Part shown: in pieces, positions 10,281-19,086 of the stretch
Layout: each line of letters begins with the position of its first letter
How positions within the stretch are numbered: the stretch's first letter is position 1
Virus record (IMG/VR): IMGVR_UViG_3300024294_000046
Location: 1 to 27,728 of that record
Origin: a virus
Taxonomy: Duplodnaviria > Caudoviricetes
Strand: one strand, 5' to 3'
Length of the DNA: 27,728 nucleotides
The notes under the pieces: generated by a model
The model's database searches: none
What the model was told of the DNA's origin: nothing
Seen by the model: only the letters and a program-made list of their open reading frames with translations
Translations under genes and position numbers: made by a program

Positions 10281-11831
10281 ATGAAAAACCCAAAAATTAT
10301 AGAATTATTCATTGAGGATTTAGAGGATGAGGCAGGAATTGAGTTTATCTCAATTGTTTCAGACCCTGCAATCCAAAGAAATTTCTTAGCATTTAAGAAT
10401 GATAAGAAGGTAATGGATAAAAAAACACAATCAGAAATCATCAAACTTTTAGAAGAAGAGGAAATTGGTGAGAGTAAAGATATATTAAAGAAATCAAAAA
10501 TACTTAAGGATGTTGTTGTTGATTCACACCAAGAGTATTTGGATATAATGAAGAAGATGAACAATGAGTTTCTTAAGAGGTCTTACATTGATGGTAAGAC
10601 TGACTCAGATAGTTTCTTAGACTATGGAGCAGGAGATGAAAGGGTAAGGGTCAGATTTTATTATGAGGGTCCTACAGACTCTAAGAATAGAGATTTCTGT
10701 GGTTATATGATGAGACAACAATCTAACACATTGTTTAGATTTGAGGACATTATGTATATGACTGCTAATGAGGCTAATGATGAGTTTGGATATTATGATA
10801 TATTCCAAAACAAGGGGTCTTACAATTGTAGGCATATGTGGAAAAGGGTTGATTTCCAAGTAGTTAATGACAGAAAAGTTAATCCTAAAGTTCAGAACCC
10901 AAGTTCAGAAGCTGAGGTGGTTAACAAACCTGTTCAGAGGGTATCTAAAGAAGTTAAGGAGAACTTATCAACAGATGAGTTTAAACAATGGACAGGGTAT
11001 CCAATCACTGCTAGAGAGAATGCTAAGAAAGCAAGATTACTGAATGAATTAAAAACACCATCAGCAAAGTGTATGACCTTAACAGGTAGGAGAAGAGCAG
11101 GTGATATAGAGAAGGGTAAAGGTTTATCTGATAACATTATGAAGAGAACCTTCTCTTATTTGAGTAGAGCAAGGGAATACTACAATGAAAGAGAGTTGGT
11201 AGGTAGAGGTAGATTAACAGATGATGAACTAAAGAATATTTCATGTGGGACAATATCTTACTTAGGATGGGGTGGAGACCCTATGTTGAAGTGGGTAGGA
11301 AGAAGAATGAAAGATATTCAGTTATCAAGTGATGTTGAGATGAAGTCAATGAAGACTGAGTTCCAATCAATTGATGAGGATAAAAGAATAATCACAGGAT
11401 TAGCAATGGTTCCAAATGAGACCATATTCAGATATGACCCTAATAAGGATGAGGAGTTCTATGTATACTTTACCAAGAGAACAATCAGATTACTTATGGA
11501 GAAGTTTATGTTGGAAGCAAACAACAAGAATGTTGATTTGGAACATAATGGTATCAAGGTTGAAGCAGGTGTTGTAGAGAGTTGGATTATTGAAGGAGAA
11601 AGTGATAAAGCATATCAATTAGGATTTGATGAAGAGACTGCACCTTATGGTAGTTGGGTTGTGTCTATGAAGATATTAGATGATGAGTTATGGGAGATGG
11701 TAAAGAATGACCCTGATAACTTAAATGGTTTCTCTGTGGCAGGAAACTTTTTGTCTAAGGTGGATAGATACTCCAAAGATGAAATAATAATGAACCAAAT
11801 CAAAGAGATATTGGAACAACACAATAAGTAA
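10281..11831 (+). CDS. Head maturation protease (C-terminal XkdF-like serine protease domain) fused to extra domains
   Basis: C-terminal DEDKRIITGLAMVPN..IFR / DLEH / VVESWI / PYGSWVVSMK / LNGFSVAG motifs; directly upstream of scaffold and capsid genes. Confidence 0.8.
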   Translation: MKNPKIIELFIEDLEDEAGIEFISIVSDPAIQRNFLAFKNDKKVMDKKTQSEIIKLLEEEEIGESKDILKKSKILKDVVVDSHQEYLDIMKKMNNEFLKRSYIDGKTDSDSFLDYGAGDERVRVRFYYEGPTDSKNRDFCGYMMRQQSNTLFRFEDIMYMTANEANDEFGYYDIFQNKGSYNCRHMWKRVDFQVVNDRKVNPKVQNPSSEAEVVNKPVQRVSKEVKENLSTDEFKQWTGYPITARENAKKARLLNELKTPSAKCMTLTGRRRAGDIEKGKGLSDNIMKRTFSYLSRAREYYNERELVGRGRLTDDELKNISCGTISYLGWGGDPMLKWVGRRMKDIQLSSDVEMKSMKTEFQSIDEDKRIITGLAMVPNETIFRYDPNKDEEFYVYFTKRTIRLLMEKFMLEANNKNVDLEHNGIKVEAGVVESWIIEGESDKAYQLGFDEETAPYGSWVVSMKILDDELWEMVKNDPDNLNGFSVAGNFLSKVDRYSKDEIIMNQIKEILEQHNK

Positions 11832-11863
11832 AAAACTCTGGAAATCACCACTCCAAAGTTAAT

Positions 11864-11871
11864 TATATTTA
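11864..11871 (+). promoter_or_regulatory. TATATTTA putative late promoter element upstream of scaffold/capsid genes
   Basis: Recurring intergenic octamer. Confidence 0.5.
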
Positions 11872-11909
11872 ATTGTGTAATAAATAAATTTTTTTAAAAA
11901 ATATTAAGA

Positions 11910-12539
11910 ATGGATAATTCACAAGCATTACTGAAAATTAGAACTCTATTAGGATTCTCATCAGAAGAAGTTGAAACATCTACAACAGAAGTGGAAGTTG
12001 TATTTGCATCAGCTGCATCAGAAGATGGAACAATCTTTAAGGTAGAAGGAGAATGGGAAGTAGGAAAAGAAGTGGTAATTGTTCTTGAGGATGGGTCTAC
12101 ACCAGCTCCATCAGGTATTTTTGACTTAGATAATGGATTCACCATCACTATTGAAGAGGGTATCTTAACTGAGTTAAAAGAAACTGAGGAGAAGGAAGAA
12201 CCTAAACAAGATGATGCCAAAGAAGAAGAAGTAGAAGAAACTGAAGAAGTTGAAGCTACTGAGAAAAAAGAAGAGACAATGTCAGATGACCAATTAGTAG
12301 AACTAATCTCAAAAGTAGTAAAAGAGGTTAAGGAACAAATGTCAGCAGAGTTGTCAGAAGTTAAAACCTTATTAGAAGAAAAGGTTGCAACATTAAACAA
12401 TGAAGTAGAGAATTTCAAGAAAGCACCAGCTGCTAAGAAAATCACTAATTCAGCTTTTGAGTCATTAAAGGATTATGAAAATTCAAATGACATCAGAGTT
12501 AATAAAATTAAAGAGTTAAGAAAAAATCTTAACAAATAA
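11910..12539 (+). CDS. Capsid scaffolding protein
   Basis: Very acidic with a C-terminal coiled coil; sits between protease and major capsid genes. Confidence 0.7.
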   Translation: MDNSQALLKIRTLLGFSSEEVETSTTEVEVVFASAASEDGTIFKVEGEWEVGKEVVIVLEDGSTPAPSGIFDLDNGFTITIEEGILTELKETEEKEEPKQDDAKEEEVEETEEVEATEKKEETMSDDQLVELISKVVKEVKEQMSAELSEVKTLLEEKVATLNNEVENFKKAPAAKKITNSAFESLKDYENSNDIRVNKIKELRKNLNK

Positions 12540-12562
12540 ATTAAAACTAAAACAAAAAACAA

Positions 12563-13471
12563 ATGTCTTATATTGTATCAAGTTTAGGAAATTGGAAAGA
12601 TGAGTCAGGTGCTATAATCACTCAGGCAATCTTAGAAGGTCAAACTGCTAGCCTTTCACAAGTAGTAGCTGGTATCAAACATACCAAAACAATTAATGTA
12701 GCATCTTATGATGTTGCTCCATCAACTGCAGCATGTGGTTGGGTTAACTCAACAGGTTCTGATGTAGAATACACTCAAGTTGACTTAGTAGTAAACAGAG
12801 AAGAAGTTAAACAAGAACTATGTCCAAAGGACTTAGAAGATAAATACTTATCACAATACCTAAGAGCTGGTATTGCAGGTGATGAAGAAATCCCATTTGC
12901 TGATTCAATAGCATCAGGAGTAGCTGCTAAAGTGAAAAGATATGTTGAAGAAAAATTATGGACTGCTACAACTGCAGGAGGTGATGCATTCAATGGTTTT
13001 GGATACACAATTGATTCAGTTAACACTGCAGGTGTAAATGCAACTACAGGTTCTGTAGCAATCACTAACACTAATGGTTTAGAAGAAGTAGATAAGATGA
13101 TATTTGCTTTACCAGCTGATGCACAGGAACAAGAAATCTTAGTATTCATGTCTGTTGCTAACTTTGCTAAGTATAAAGCATCTTACAGAAATGCTAACTT
13201 ATTCATCACTCAAGGTGAGGAAATGAATGGTTCAGTATTAACTCATCCAGGTTTTGTCAATGTAAAAGTTGTTGGAACACCAGGTATATCAACTGACAGA
13301 GTTGTTGCAGGTCCATCTGCAGGATTCTATGTAGGTATGGATGGATTAGATGATATGGATGCAATCTCTATCTTCTATTCTCAAGATAATGATGTTGTGA
13401 GATTAAAGACTGGGTTTAAATACTCATCAGCAATTGTATTTGAGACTTTATTCTCATCTAACCAACTATAA
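12563..13471 (+). CDS. Major capsid protein
   Basis: 302 aa after the scaffold; motifs GIKHTKTIN, CGW, ELCPKDLE..Y and FYSQDNDVVR resemble Bacteroidota phage capsid proteins; strong A-rich start region; followed by a stem-loop. Confidence 0.82.
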   Translation: MSYIVSSLGNWKDESGAIITQAILEGQTASLSQVVAGIKHTKTINVASYDVAPSTAACGWVNSTGSDVEYTQVDLVVNREEVKQELCPKDLEDKYLSQYLRAGIAGDEEIPFADSIASGVAAKVKRYVEEKLWTATTAGGDAFNGFGYTIDSVNTAGVNATTGSVAITNTNGLEEVDKMIFALPADAQEQEILVFMSVANFAKYKASYRNANLFITQGEEMNGSVLTHPGFVNVKVVGTPGISTDRVVAGPSAGFYVGMDGLDDMDAISIFYSQDNDVVRLKTGFKYSSAIVFETLFSSNQL

Positions 13472-13481
13472 TAATAATATC

Positions 13482-13515
13482 TGTAGAGGGGTGGGTTAGT
13501 TCTCACCCCATTACA
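13482..13515 (+). other. Stem-loop after the capsid gene without a U-tract (possible mRNA stabiliser or weak terminator)
   Basis: GGGGTGGG (13488-13495) pairs with CTCACCCC (13502-13509), with outer TGTA/TACA pairing; no poly-T follows. Confidence 0.6.
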
Positions 13516-13549
13516 ACACAATAAATTAAAAAACTAAAAACACAATACT

Positions 13550-14104
13550 ATGGGATGTAATTCATATATCACTGGAGCACAGGGACTTAGTTGTAGAAAT
13601 TCTACAGGTGGAATTAAGAATATCTTTATTTTTGAAGATGGTGATACTTTATCAATCACTTCAGGAGCATCAGGTATTTCTGCTATATCATCTACAGACA
13701 CTACTGACTTATACCAATGGAAGCTTCCAAGAGCAACTAGTAACTTCCAAGAAGTTATTAATGCTTCAACAGAGAATGGTTCATTATTTTATGAAGCAAC
13801 ACTAACATTTTCATTATTAGGTCTTTCTCAAGAGAGACAAGATGAATTAAGATTATTAGCAGCAAATCCAGCAGTGAGATTAATCATTGAGGATAACTCA
13901 GGAAACTATTGGTTAATGGGTAAAGCTAATGGAGCAGATGTTCAGACTTCAACATTATCTTCAGGTTCAGCATTTGCTGACAAAGTAGGATATGAAGTTG
14001 TTATGTTAGCTCAAGAACCTTATGGGGTAGAGAGATTTGATGTTGCTGATGAAGCTGCATTTGAAGCTTTATTCTCAGGAACAATCACTTTAGTGAAAGC
14101 ATAA
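13550..14104 (+). CDS. Major tail tube protein
   Basis: 184 aa; C..STGGIKNIFI, ENGSLFYE and IIEDNSGNYWLMG..NG motifs of Bacteroidota phage tail tube proteins; co-transcribed with the capsid gene. Confidence 0.7.
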   Translation: MGCNSYITGAQGLSCRNSTGGIKNIFIFEDGDTLSITSGASGISAISSTDTTDLYQWKLPRATSNFQEVINASTENGSLFYEATLTFSLLGLSQERQDELRLLAANPAVRLIIEDNSGNYWLMGKANGADVQTSTLSSGSAFADKVGYEVVMLAQEPYGVERFDVADEAAFEALFSGTITLVKA

Positions 14105-14132
14105 TACCTTTTAATACTAATAAAAGTTCTCT

Positions 14133-14171
14133 AAAGGGGAGACTTGTGAAACCACAGGTCCCCCTTTTTTT
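14133..14171 (+). terminator. Intrinsic terminator
   Basis: AAAGGGG-A-GACTTGTG, loop AAAC, CACAGGTC-CCCC, followed by T7. Confidence 0.88.
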
Positions 14172-14178
14172 ATATTTA
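14171..14178 (+). promoter_or_regulatory. TATATTTA putative late promoter element re-initiating just after the terminator
   Basis: Recurring octamer abutting the terminator U-tract, 16 nt before the ATG at 14195. Confidence 0.5.
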
Positions 14179-14194
14179 TAATCAAAGACCAATT

Positions 14195-14668
14195 ATGTTA
14201 TATGTTAAAGATGGTATTGTAAATCCTGTTTCTCTCACACTTAGGGAGAACACCACAATATCCCCTGTATACTATTTGTTTGAATTTCAAAATGATTTTA
14301 CAAAGGATAAGGTGTATGACCTTCCTACAATGGTATCATCAAATAGTAGGTATACAGAGTTCAATATTGATTTGGGAGAAAATGGATTAGACATCTCTCC
14401 TTCAGGATGGTGGTCATATAAGGTTTATCAACAAACATCACCAACTAATTTAGACCCTCTATTGTCTCAAGGACTAATAGAGAGAGGTAAACTATTGGTT
14501 GCTGAAGGTGATGAGAAAGAAGTAGAAACAATAAAGTATGTCTCAGATAATGAGAACAATTCCAACTATGTTTTTGTAGACATAGATAGTGGATTTGAAA
14601 GAAAAATATGGGGACAGACCCATGTAAAATTTGGTGAGGCTGAGTGGATTTGGTCTCAGAGTGAATAA
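14195..14668 (+). CDS. Virion structural protein, function unknown
   Basis: 157 aa beta-rich ORF in the structural module with a good start context. Confidence 0.55.
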   Translation: MLYVKDGIVNPVSLTLRENTTISPVYYLFEFQNDFTKDKVYDLPTMVSSNSRYTEFNIDLGENGLDISPSGWWSYKVYQQTSPTNLDPLLSQGLIERGKLLVAEGDEKEVETIKYVSDNENNSNYVFVDIDSGFERKIWGQTHVKFGEAEWIWSQSE

Positions 14669-14692
14669 AAAAAAATTAATTAAAAAAAACAA

Positions 14693-16525
14693 ATGGGAGA
14701 CTTAAGTAATAAGTTTATTGATGAAAGTTATGGGTCCTTACTAAAAACCACAGAGGACACAGGTTTATCAGGAACAACTAAGACAACAATTCAGGATGGT
14801 AATGGAGTTGATACTGCATTATCTTTATCAACTGATAAGGTAGATGTGAATGGAGAATTACAGACATCAGGGACAACAAGAGTTCAGGGTGATGGTGAAT
14901 TGGTAAATGTATCAGGTAATGTATCTCAATTTACAAATGATGCAGGGTATTTAGATGGTTTACCTGTAGATGTATTAAGAATTGGAGACAATGTATCAGA
15001 ATTAAATAATAATTCAGGATATCTTACTGCAGGGACTATACCAAGTAATGTGATGAAAGAGGGTGAGAATGTTTCACTTCTTACAAATGATGCTGGTTAT
15101 CTTACATCAATCCCTACCAATGTAATGGTTGAAGGAGAGAACAACTCATTATTAAACAATGATTCAGGATTTATCTCTTCAATTCCAAACACTTATTTGG
15201 AATCAGGGGATAATGTATCTGAACTTACAAATGATTCAGGTTATTTAACATCAGGAACAATACCATCAAATGTGATGGAAGAAGGTGATGATATCTCTCT
15301 TTTAAATAATGACTCAGGATTTATCACAGGTGTTAATGATGGAACTTTACAGGTTGCAGGTGGAGTAGCACTTCCTAACACAAAAATTGGATTCACTGAT
15401 AATTTAGGAAATGAAACAGGATTAACATTAGAGAAGGGTTTTGGAGTTTTTGGGTTTGAGAATGATACTTTATTAACTTCAAATGCAGCACTTCTCTTTA
15501 AAAACAATTATTGGGATGTTAACAATTCACCATTTGCAAATGCTGGAACTACAGGTATCCTCATGAAAGACCAAAATAATGCAACCACTTTCCAATTTTC
15601 TCAGAACAGGTTTGGTGGTGTAAATTATTATACTGCTGGTAGTAATCAACCACACATATTCCAAAGTAATGGAAATTCAAGAATTGATGTAAATAGTTTT
15701 GGTAATGCCAATAACTCTGACAATTGGCATGAAGCATACAATTCTAATATAAATAATCTTACATTAAATGGTGATACTCTTGAAGCTTATAGTAGAAATA
15801 ATGGAATTATTACTGATGTTGATTTATCTTCACTTAAAGGTGTTGAATCAGTAGTTGCAGGAATAAATATTAGTATTGATACTTCTGACCCTGCTAATCC
15901 AATTGTTAGTGCCTCAGGTGGAGGTGGTGGTGCTGCTCAACCTGGTTTATCTTCTACAACAAGAGGTATTAAAATGGGTTCAGGAAACACTAATGATTTA
16001 TGGAGATTAACATATGTCCCTGATACATATGGGACTGCTAGTAGTAGTATTTCTAATAACCAATTAAAAGTTGTTGCATTACAACTAACTGAAGGTCAAA
16101 CAATTAGAGACTTCTCTGTTTATGTTAGTAGTGCTGGTGGTGTTGGTAATGTTGAAGCAGCAATATATAAATCTACAATTGATAGTAATGGTCAATTAAC
16201 AGGTGGAGCATTAGAAGCAAGTTTTGGAACCTTTTTAGTTAATACAACAGGACAAAAGATTATTACAGGTGTTGACCATGTATTAACTTCAACAGAAGAA
16301 GATGTATACTTTTTAGCTATACACAACAAATCAGGAGCATCTGTTGGTATACAAGCAGTATCAAGCACAAATTTAGCAGGACCATACTATCATGGAACAT
16401 TATTTAGTGCTACAATGTATAGAGGTAATACCTATCATTCAACACAATCAGGTTCATTACCTACAACAATAGATGGGATAAGTTTTAATAAATCAACAGA
16501 TTTCCCAATTTTTGGAATAAGATAA
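14693..16525 (+). CDS. Fibre / receptor-binding protein with tandem repeats
   Basis: 610 aa, Gly/Asn/Ser-rich; six (N/D)xSxLxNDxG(Y/F) repeats; VESVVAGINISIDTSDPANPIVS plus poly-Gly hinge before a C-terminal head domain. Confidence 0.75.
   Translation: MGDLSNKFIDESYGSLLKTTEDTGLSGTTKTTIQDGNGVDTALSLSTDKVDVNGELQTSGTTRVQGDGELVNVSGNVSQFTNDAGYLDGLPVDVLRIGDNVSELNNNSGYLTAGTIPSNVMKEGENVSLLTNDAGYLTSIPTNVMVEGENNSLLNNDSGFISSIPNTYLESGDNVSELTNDSGYLTSGTIPSNVMEEGDDISLLNNDSGFITGVNDGTLQVAGGVALPNTKIGFTDNLGNETGLTLEKGFGVFGFENDTLLTSNAALLFKNNYWDVNNSPFANAGTTGILMKDQNNATTFQFSQNRFGGVNYYTAGSNQPHIFQSNGNSRIDVNSFGNANNSDNWHEAYNSNINNLTLNGDTLEAYSRNNGIITDVDLSSLKGVESVVAGINISIDTSDPANPIVSASGGGGGAAQPGLSSTTRGIKMGSGNTNDLWRLTYVPDTYGTASSSISNNQLKVVALQLTEGQTIRDFSVYVSSAGGVGNVEAAIYKSTIDSNGQLTGGALEASFGTFLVNTTGQKIITGVDHVLTSTEEDVYFLAIHNKSGASVGIQAVSSTNLAGPYYHGTLFSATMYRGNTYHSTQSGSLPTTIDGISFNKSTDFPIFGIR
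14915..15328 (+). repeat. Six degenerate 24-26 aa tandem repeats in the fibre
   Basis: GNVSQFTNDAGYL, GDNVSELNNNSGYL, GENVSLLTNDAGYL, GENNSLLNNDSGFI, GDNVSELTNDSGYL, GDDISLLNNDSGFI. Confidence 0.9.
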
Positions 16526-16546
16526 AAGATAAATACTAAGAATACT

Positions 16547-16723
16547 ATGAATACAGAAATAATTAACCAAATGGTATGGAGGAAATTAGAAGATGGCACT
16601 ATGGAGTTAGTTTCAAATAAAGATATAGAAATTGAGACACCATCAACTGATGATTTAATTAAAGATAAAGAAGATAAACTTCTAGAGATGTATAAGGAAT
16701 TAGAAGAACTAAAAAATAGATAA
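16547..16723 (+). CDS. 58-aa protein missing from the ORF track; possible fibre assembly chaperone
   Basis: Manual translation MNTEIINQMVWRKLEDGTMELVSNKDIEIETPSTDDLIKDKEDKLLEMYKELEELKNR*; fills the fibre-portal gap and stops 1 nt before the portal ATG. Confidence 0.8.
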   Translation: MNTEIINQMVWRKLEDGTMELVSNKDIEIETPSTDDLIKDKEDKLLEMYKELEELKNR

Positions 16724-16724
16724 G

Positions 16725-17822
16725 ATGAAAGGAAAGGTATTTAGTTTTGGTTTAGTAGAAAATCCTAATAGCATTGAAAAAAGGGGTCAGAAATGGGTCT
16801 CATGGGGACAGGGTAATGATTATCCTGTATACCTTCAAGGGCTAGCACAGGATAGTGCTTTACATTCCTCAATCTTAAAATCAAAGTTAGATAACATTAT
16901 TGGTGAAGGTTTAAGAAGTAAATCTAATCCTGAGGTGTTAAGGTTTGCTAATAGTGATGGAGAGAGTTGGGATGATATAATGATGAAGATAACAAAGGAT
17001 TTTGTCCTTTATGGTGGTTTTGCTTTAAATGTGGTTCATACCAATAGTAGAGAGACCATTGAGGTATTCCATTTAGATTATTCATATGTAAGACCTGGTA
17101 AGAAGGATGAGGATGATAGAGTTAAGGAATATTACTATTCAACAAAATGGAACAACACAAAGAAGTATCCACCAAAAAGATATGAGTGTTTCTCAATGAT
17201 GTCTGAAGAGGATTCAACAATCTTTGCATATACACCATATGTATCAGGTAGAGAGTATTTCCCTATTCCTGACTACTCAGGAGGGATACCAGCAATTAAT
17301 TTAGGTATATCTATAGAGAAGTATCACAACTTTAATTTGAACTCAGGAATGAGTCCATCTCTATGGGTTCACCTTCCAACTGAATTGGAAACTGATGAGG
17401 AGTTAAATGACTTCTATAGAAACATTCAGGACAACTATTCAGGTATTGAGAATGCTGGTAAGTTCATTTTAACCACATCTGATGGTATGGACTTAAAACC
17501 TCAAATTGAAACCATTACAACCTCTGTAAATGATGATTACTATACATCAGTATATGAGTTGGTAAAGACAAATGTATTAGCAGCACACAGATTAACATCA
17601 GGACTTTTGATTGGTATTAAGGATAGTTCAGGTTTAGGTTCTAATAAAGATGAAATAATCACTGCTCAAACACACTTTTTAAACACCACAATCAAACCAT
17701 ACCAAGACCAAATTATATCTATTATAAAGAGGTTCTTAAGACTTAACTTAAATGGTTTAAACTTAGATTTGTATATTGAACAGAATAAACTATTTGATGA
17801 TGAGGGAGACCTAAATGTATAG
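16725..17822 (+). CDS. Portal protein
   Basis: 365 aa; WG..NDYP.YL, SALHSSIL.SK...I.GEG, DFVLYGGFALNV, YFPIPDY.G, G.ENAGKF and AAHRLTS..L.GI motifs of Bacteroidota phage portals. Confidence 0.82.
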   Translation: MKGKVFSFGLVENPNSIEKRGQKWVSWGQGNDYPVYLQGLAQDSALHSSILKSKLDNIIGEGLRSKSNPEVLRFANSDGESWDDIMMKITKDFVLYGGFALNVVHTNSRETIEVFHLDYSYVRPGKKDEDDRVKEYYYSTKWNNTKKYPPKRYECFSMMSEEDSTIFAYTPYVSGREYFPIPDYSGGIPAINLGISIEKYHNFNLNSGMSPSLWVHLPTELETDEELNDFYRNIQDNYSGIENAGKFILTTSDGMDLKPQIETITTSVNDDYYTSVYELVKTNVLAAHRLTSGLLIGIKDSSGLGSNKDEIITAQTHFLNTTIKPYQDQIISIIKRFLRLNLNGLNLDLYIEQNKLFDDEGDLNV

Positions 17823-17825
17823 ATT

Positions 17826-18383
17826 ATGAAAAATGTATTATTAATAAGTGAAGAGAAGTTAAAATACTTCAGTGAGTTAGACCCAAACTTAGATTATGAG
17901 GAATTGATATTACCTTGGATTAAAGTTAGTCAGGATACCAACTTACAGGAGGTCATTGGAACAAGATTTTTAAAAGGATTATATAATGGTGTTAAGACAA
18001 ACTCTTTATCACAGACATATAAGGATTTAATCAATAACTTCATTGCAGACCTTCTAATCCACTATACCATCTATAATGCTCTACCTACTATCTCAATGAG
18101 AATTAAACAAGCAGGGGTCATTAGAAACAACACAGAGACAGGAACAGGGATTGATAATAGTGATGTAAGAATGTTAAGACAACAACATAAGGAATTGGGT
18201 CAGTTTTATACAACAAGATTGGTTGAAGAATTATGTGATAACCCAACAAAGTATCCCCTGTATGTAAATCCAGGGACAGAAGGTATGAAACCTAATAAAA
18301 GTAAGAATAGTTATAAGAATGGTTTTGCTTTCCCAAAGAGAGGTTATTACAACTCTGACAATGCACCTTCTTCAAATTCATAA
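17826..18383 (+). CDS. Head-tail adaptor (connector) protein
   Basis: 185 aa helical protein right after the portal; IKVSQD..LQEVIGT and YTTRL..LC...YP motifs. Confidence 0.6.
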   Translation: MKNVLLISEEKLKYFSELDPNLDYEELILPWIKVSQDTNLQEVIGTRFLKGLYNGVKTNSLSQTYKDLINNFIADLLIHYTIYNALPTISMRIKQAGVIRNNTETGTGIDNSDVRMLRQQHKELGQFYTTRLVEELCDNPTKYPLYVNPGTEGMKPNKSKNSYKNGFAFPKRGYYNSDNAPSSNS

Positions 18384-18386
18384 GTT

Positions 18387-18575
18387 ATGAAAAATACAAT
18401 ACTAAATATCATTACTCAAGATAAACTTATACTGACTAATGGAGCAGTATTGGGATTGTCATTAACAAATATAGAGATGATACTAAAAATAATATTATTA
18501 ACCACATCTATTATATGGACAGGTATAAAAGTATATAATGAATTAAAAAAGAAACATGATGAAAGAAAAGATTGA
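18387..18575 (+). CDS. Small membrane protein (holin/antiholin-like)
   Basis: 62 aa with hydrophobic segments and a basic C-terminus. Confidence 0.55.
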   Translation: MKNTILNIITQDKLILTNGAVLGLSLTNIEMILKIILLTTSIIWTGIKVYNELKKKHDERKD

Positions 18576-18750
18576 TTTATTTTTATCTAAGTGGATATCA
18601 AGGAAACTAGTTGTTTTTGTAATTGGTTCAACAGGTTTATTCAGTGGGGTATTAACCTCAACTGATTGGGTTATTGTAGCAACAACCTACATAGCCATTG
18701 AAGGAGCTACAAATATAGTTGAAAAACTAATGAAGGTTAAGAATGGTTGA
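18556..18750 (+). CDS. Holin-like membrane protein
   Basis: 64 aa; SRKL followed by two hydrophobic helices; Met-Met-Lys start. Confidence 0.55.
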   Translation: MMKEKIDLFLSKWISRKLVVFVIGSTGLFSGVLTSTDWVIVATTYIAIEGATNIVEKLMKVKNG

Positions 18751-18865
18751 GATTAATGTAAAATTCTCACACAAAGACTTAACCTATACTTATCAAGGGG
18801 TAAGGGATGAACAATTCCACAAACAACTTGAAGAAGACAAACTACTTATTAAAGAAGACAAATAA
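18743..18865 (+). CDS. 40-aa hypothetical protein missing from the ORF track
   Basis: MVEINVKFSHKDLTYTYQGVRDEQFHKQLEEDKLLIKEDK*; overlaps the holin stop by 8 nt and ends just before a hairpin. Confidence 0.55.
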   Translation: MVEINVKFSHKDLTYTYQGVRDEQFHKQLEEDKLLIKEDK

Positions 18866-18890
18866 CTTTACTAAAGAAAAGGGGGTGATA

Positions 18891-18980
18891 GAAAAAAGGG
18901 TGGTTTATCAGACCACCCTTTCTATCTTAAAAGAACATCACTCCAAAGAAACCAAACAGGAATCAGTCTGTTTGACCTCT
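18891..18980 (-). ncRNA. Putative ~90-nt small RNA
   Basis: Minus-strand TTGATA-N17-TATAAT promoter upstream; 13-bp 5' hairpin whose G-U pairs form only on the minus strand; linker; terminator with U6. Confidence 0.55.
18892..18921. terminator. Intrinsic terminator, strongest on the minus strand and probably bidirectional
   Basis: AAAGGGTGGT, loop TTATCAG, ACCACCCTTT; A6 at 18892-18897 gives the minus-strand U-tract; TTTCTATCTT follows on the plus strand. Confidence 0.8.
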
Positions 18981-18986
18981 ACATAT

Positions 18987-19015
18987 ATTATACTACAACA
19001 GATTAACAATATCAA
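18987..19015 (-). promoter_or_regulatory. Sigma70-consensus-like promoter TTGATA-N17-TATAAT
   Basis: Reverse complement of TATCAA (19010-19015) and ATTATA (18987-18992) with a 17-nt spacer. Confidence 0.55.
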
Positions 19016-19086
19016 CTTTTTGGTTGGTATTTTTTTTTATGAGAAGTTTTTTCTATATTTGCTTATATTTATTATAAAGGAACAAT

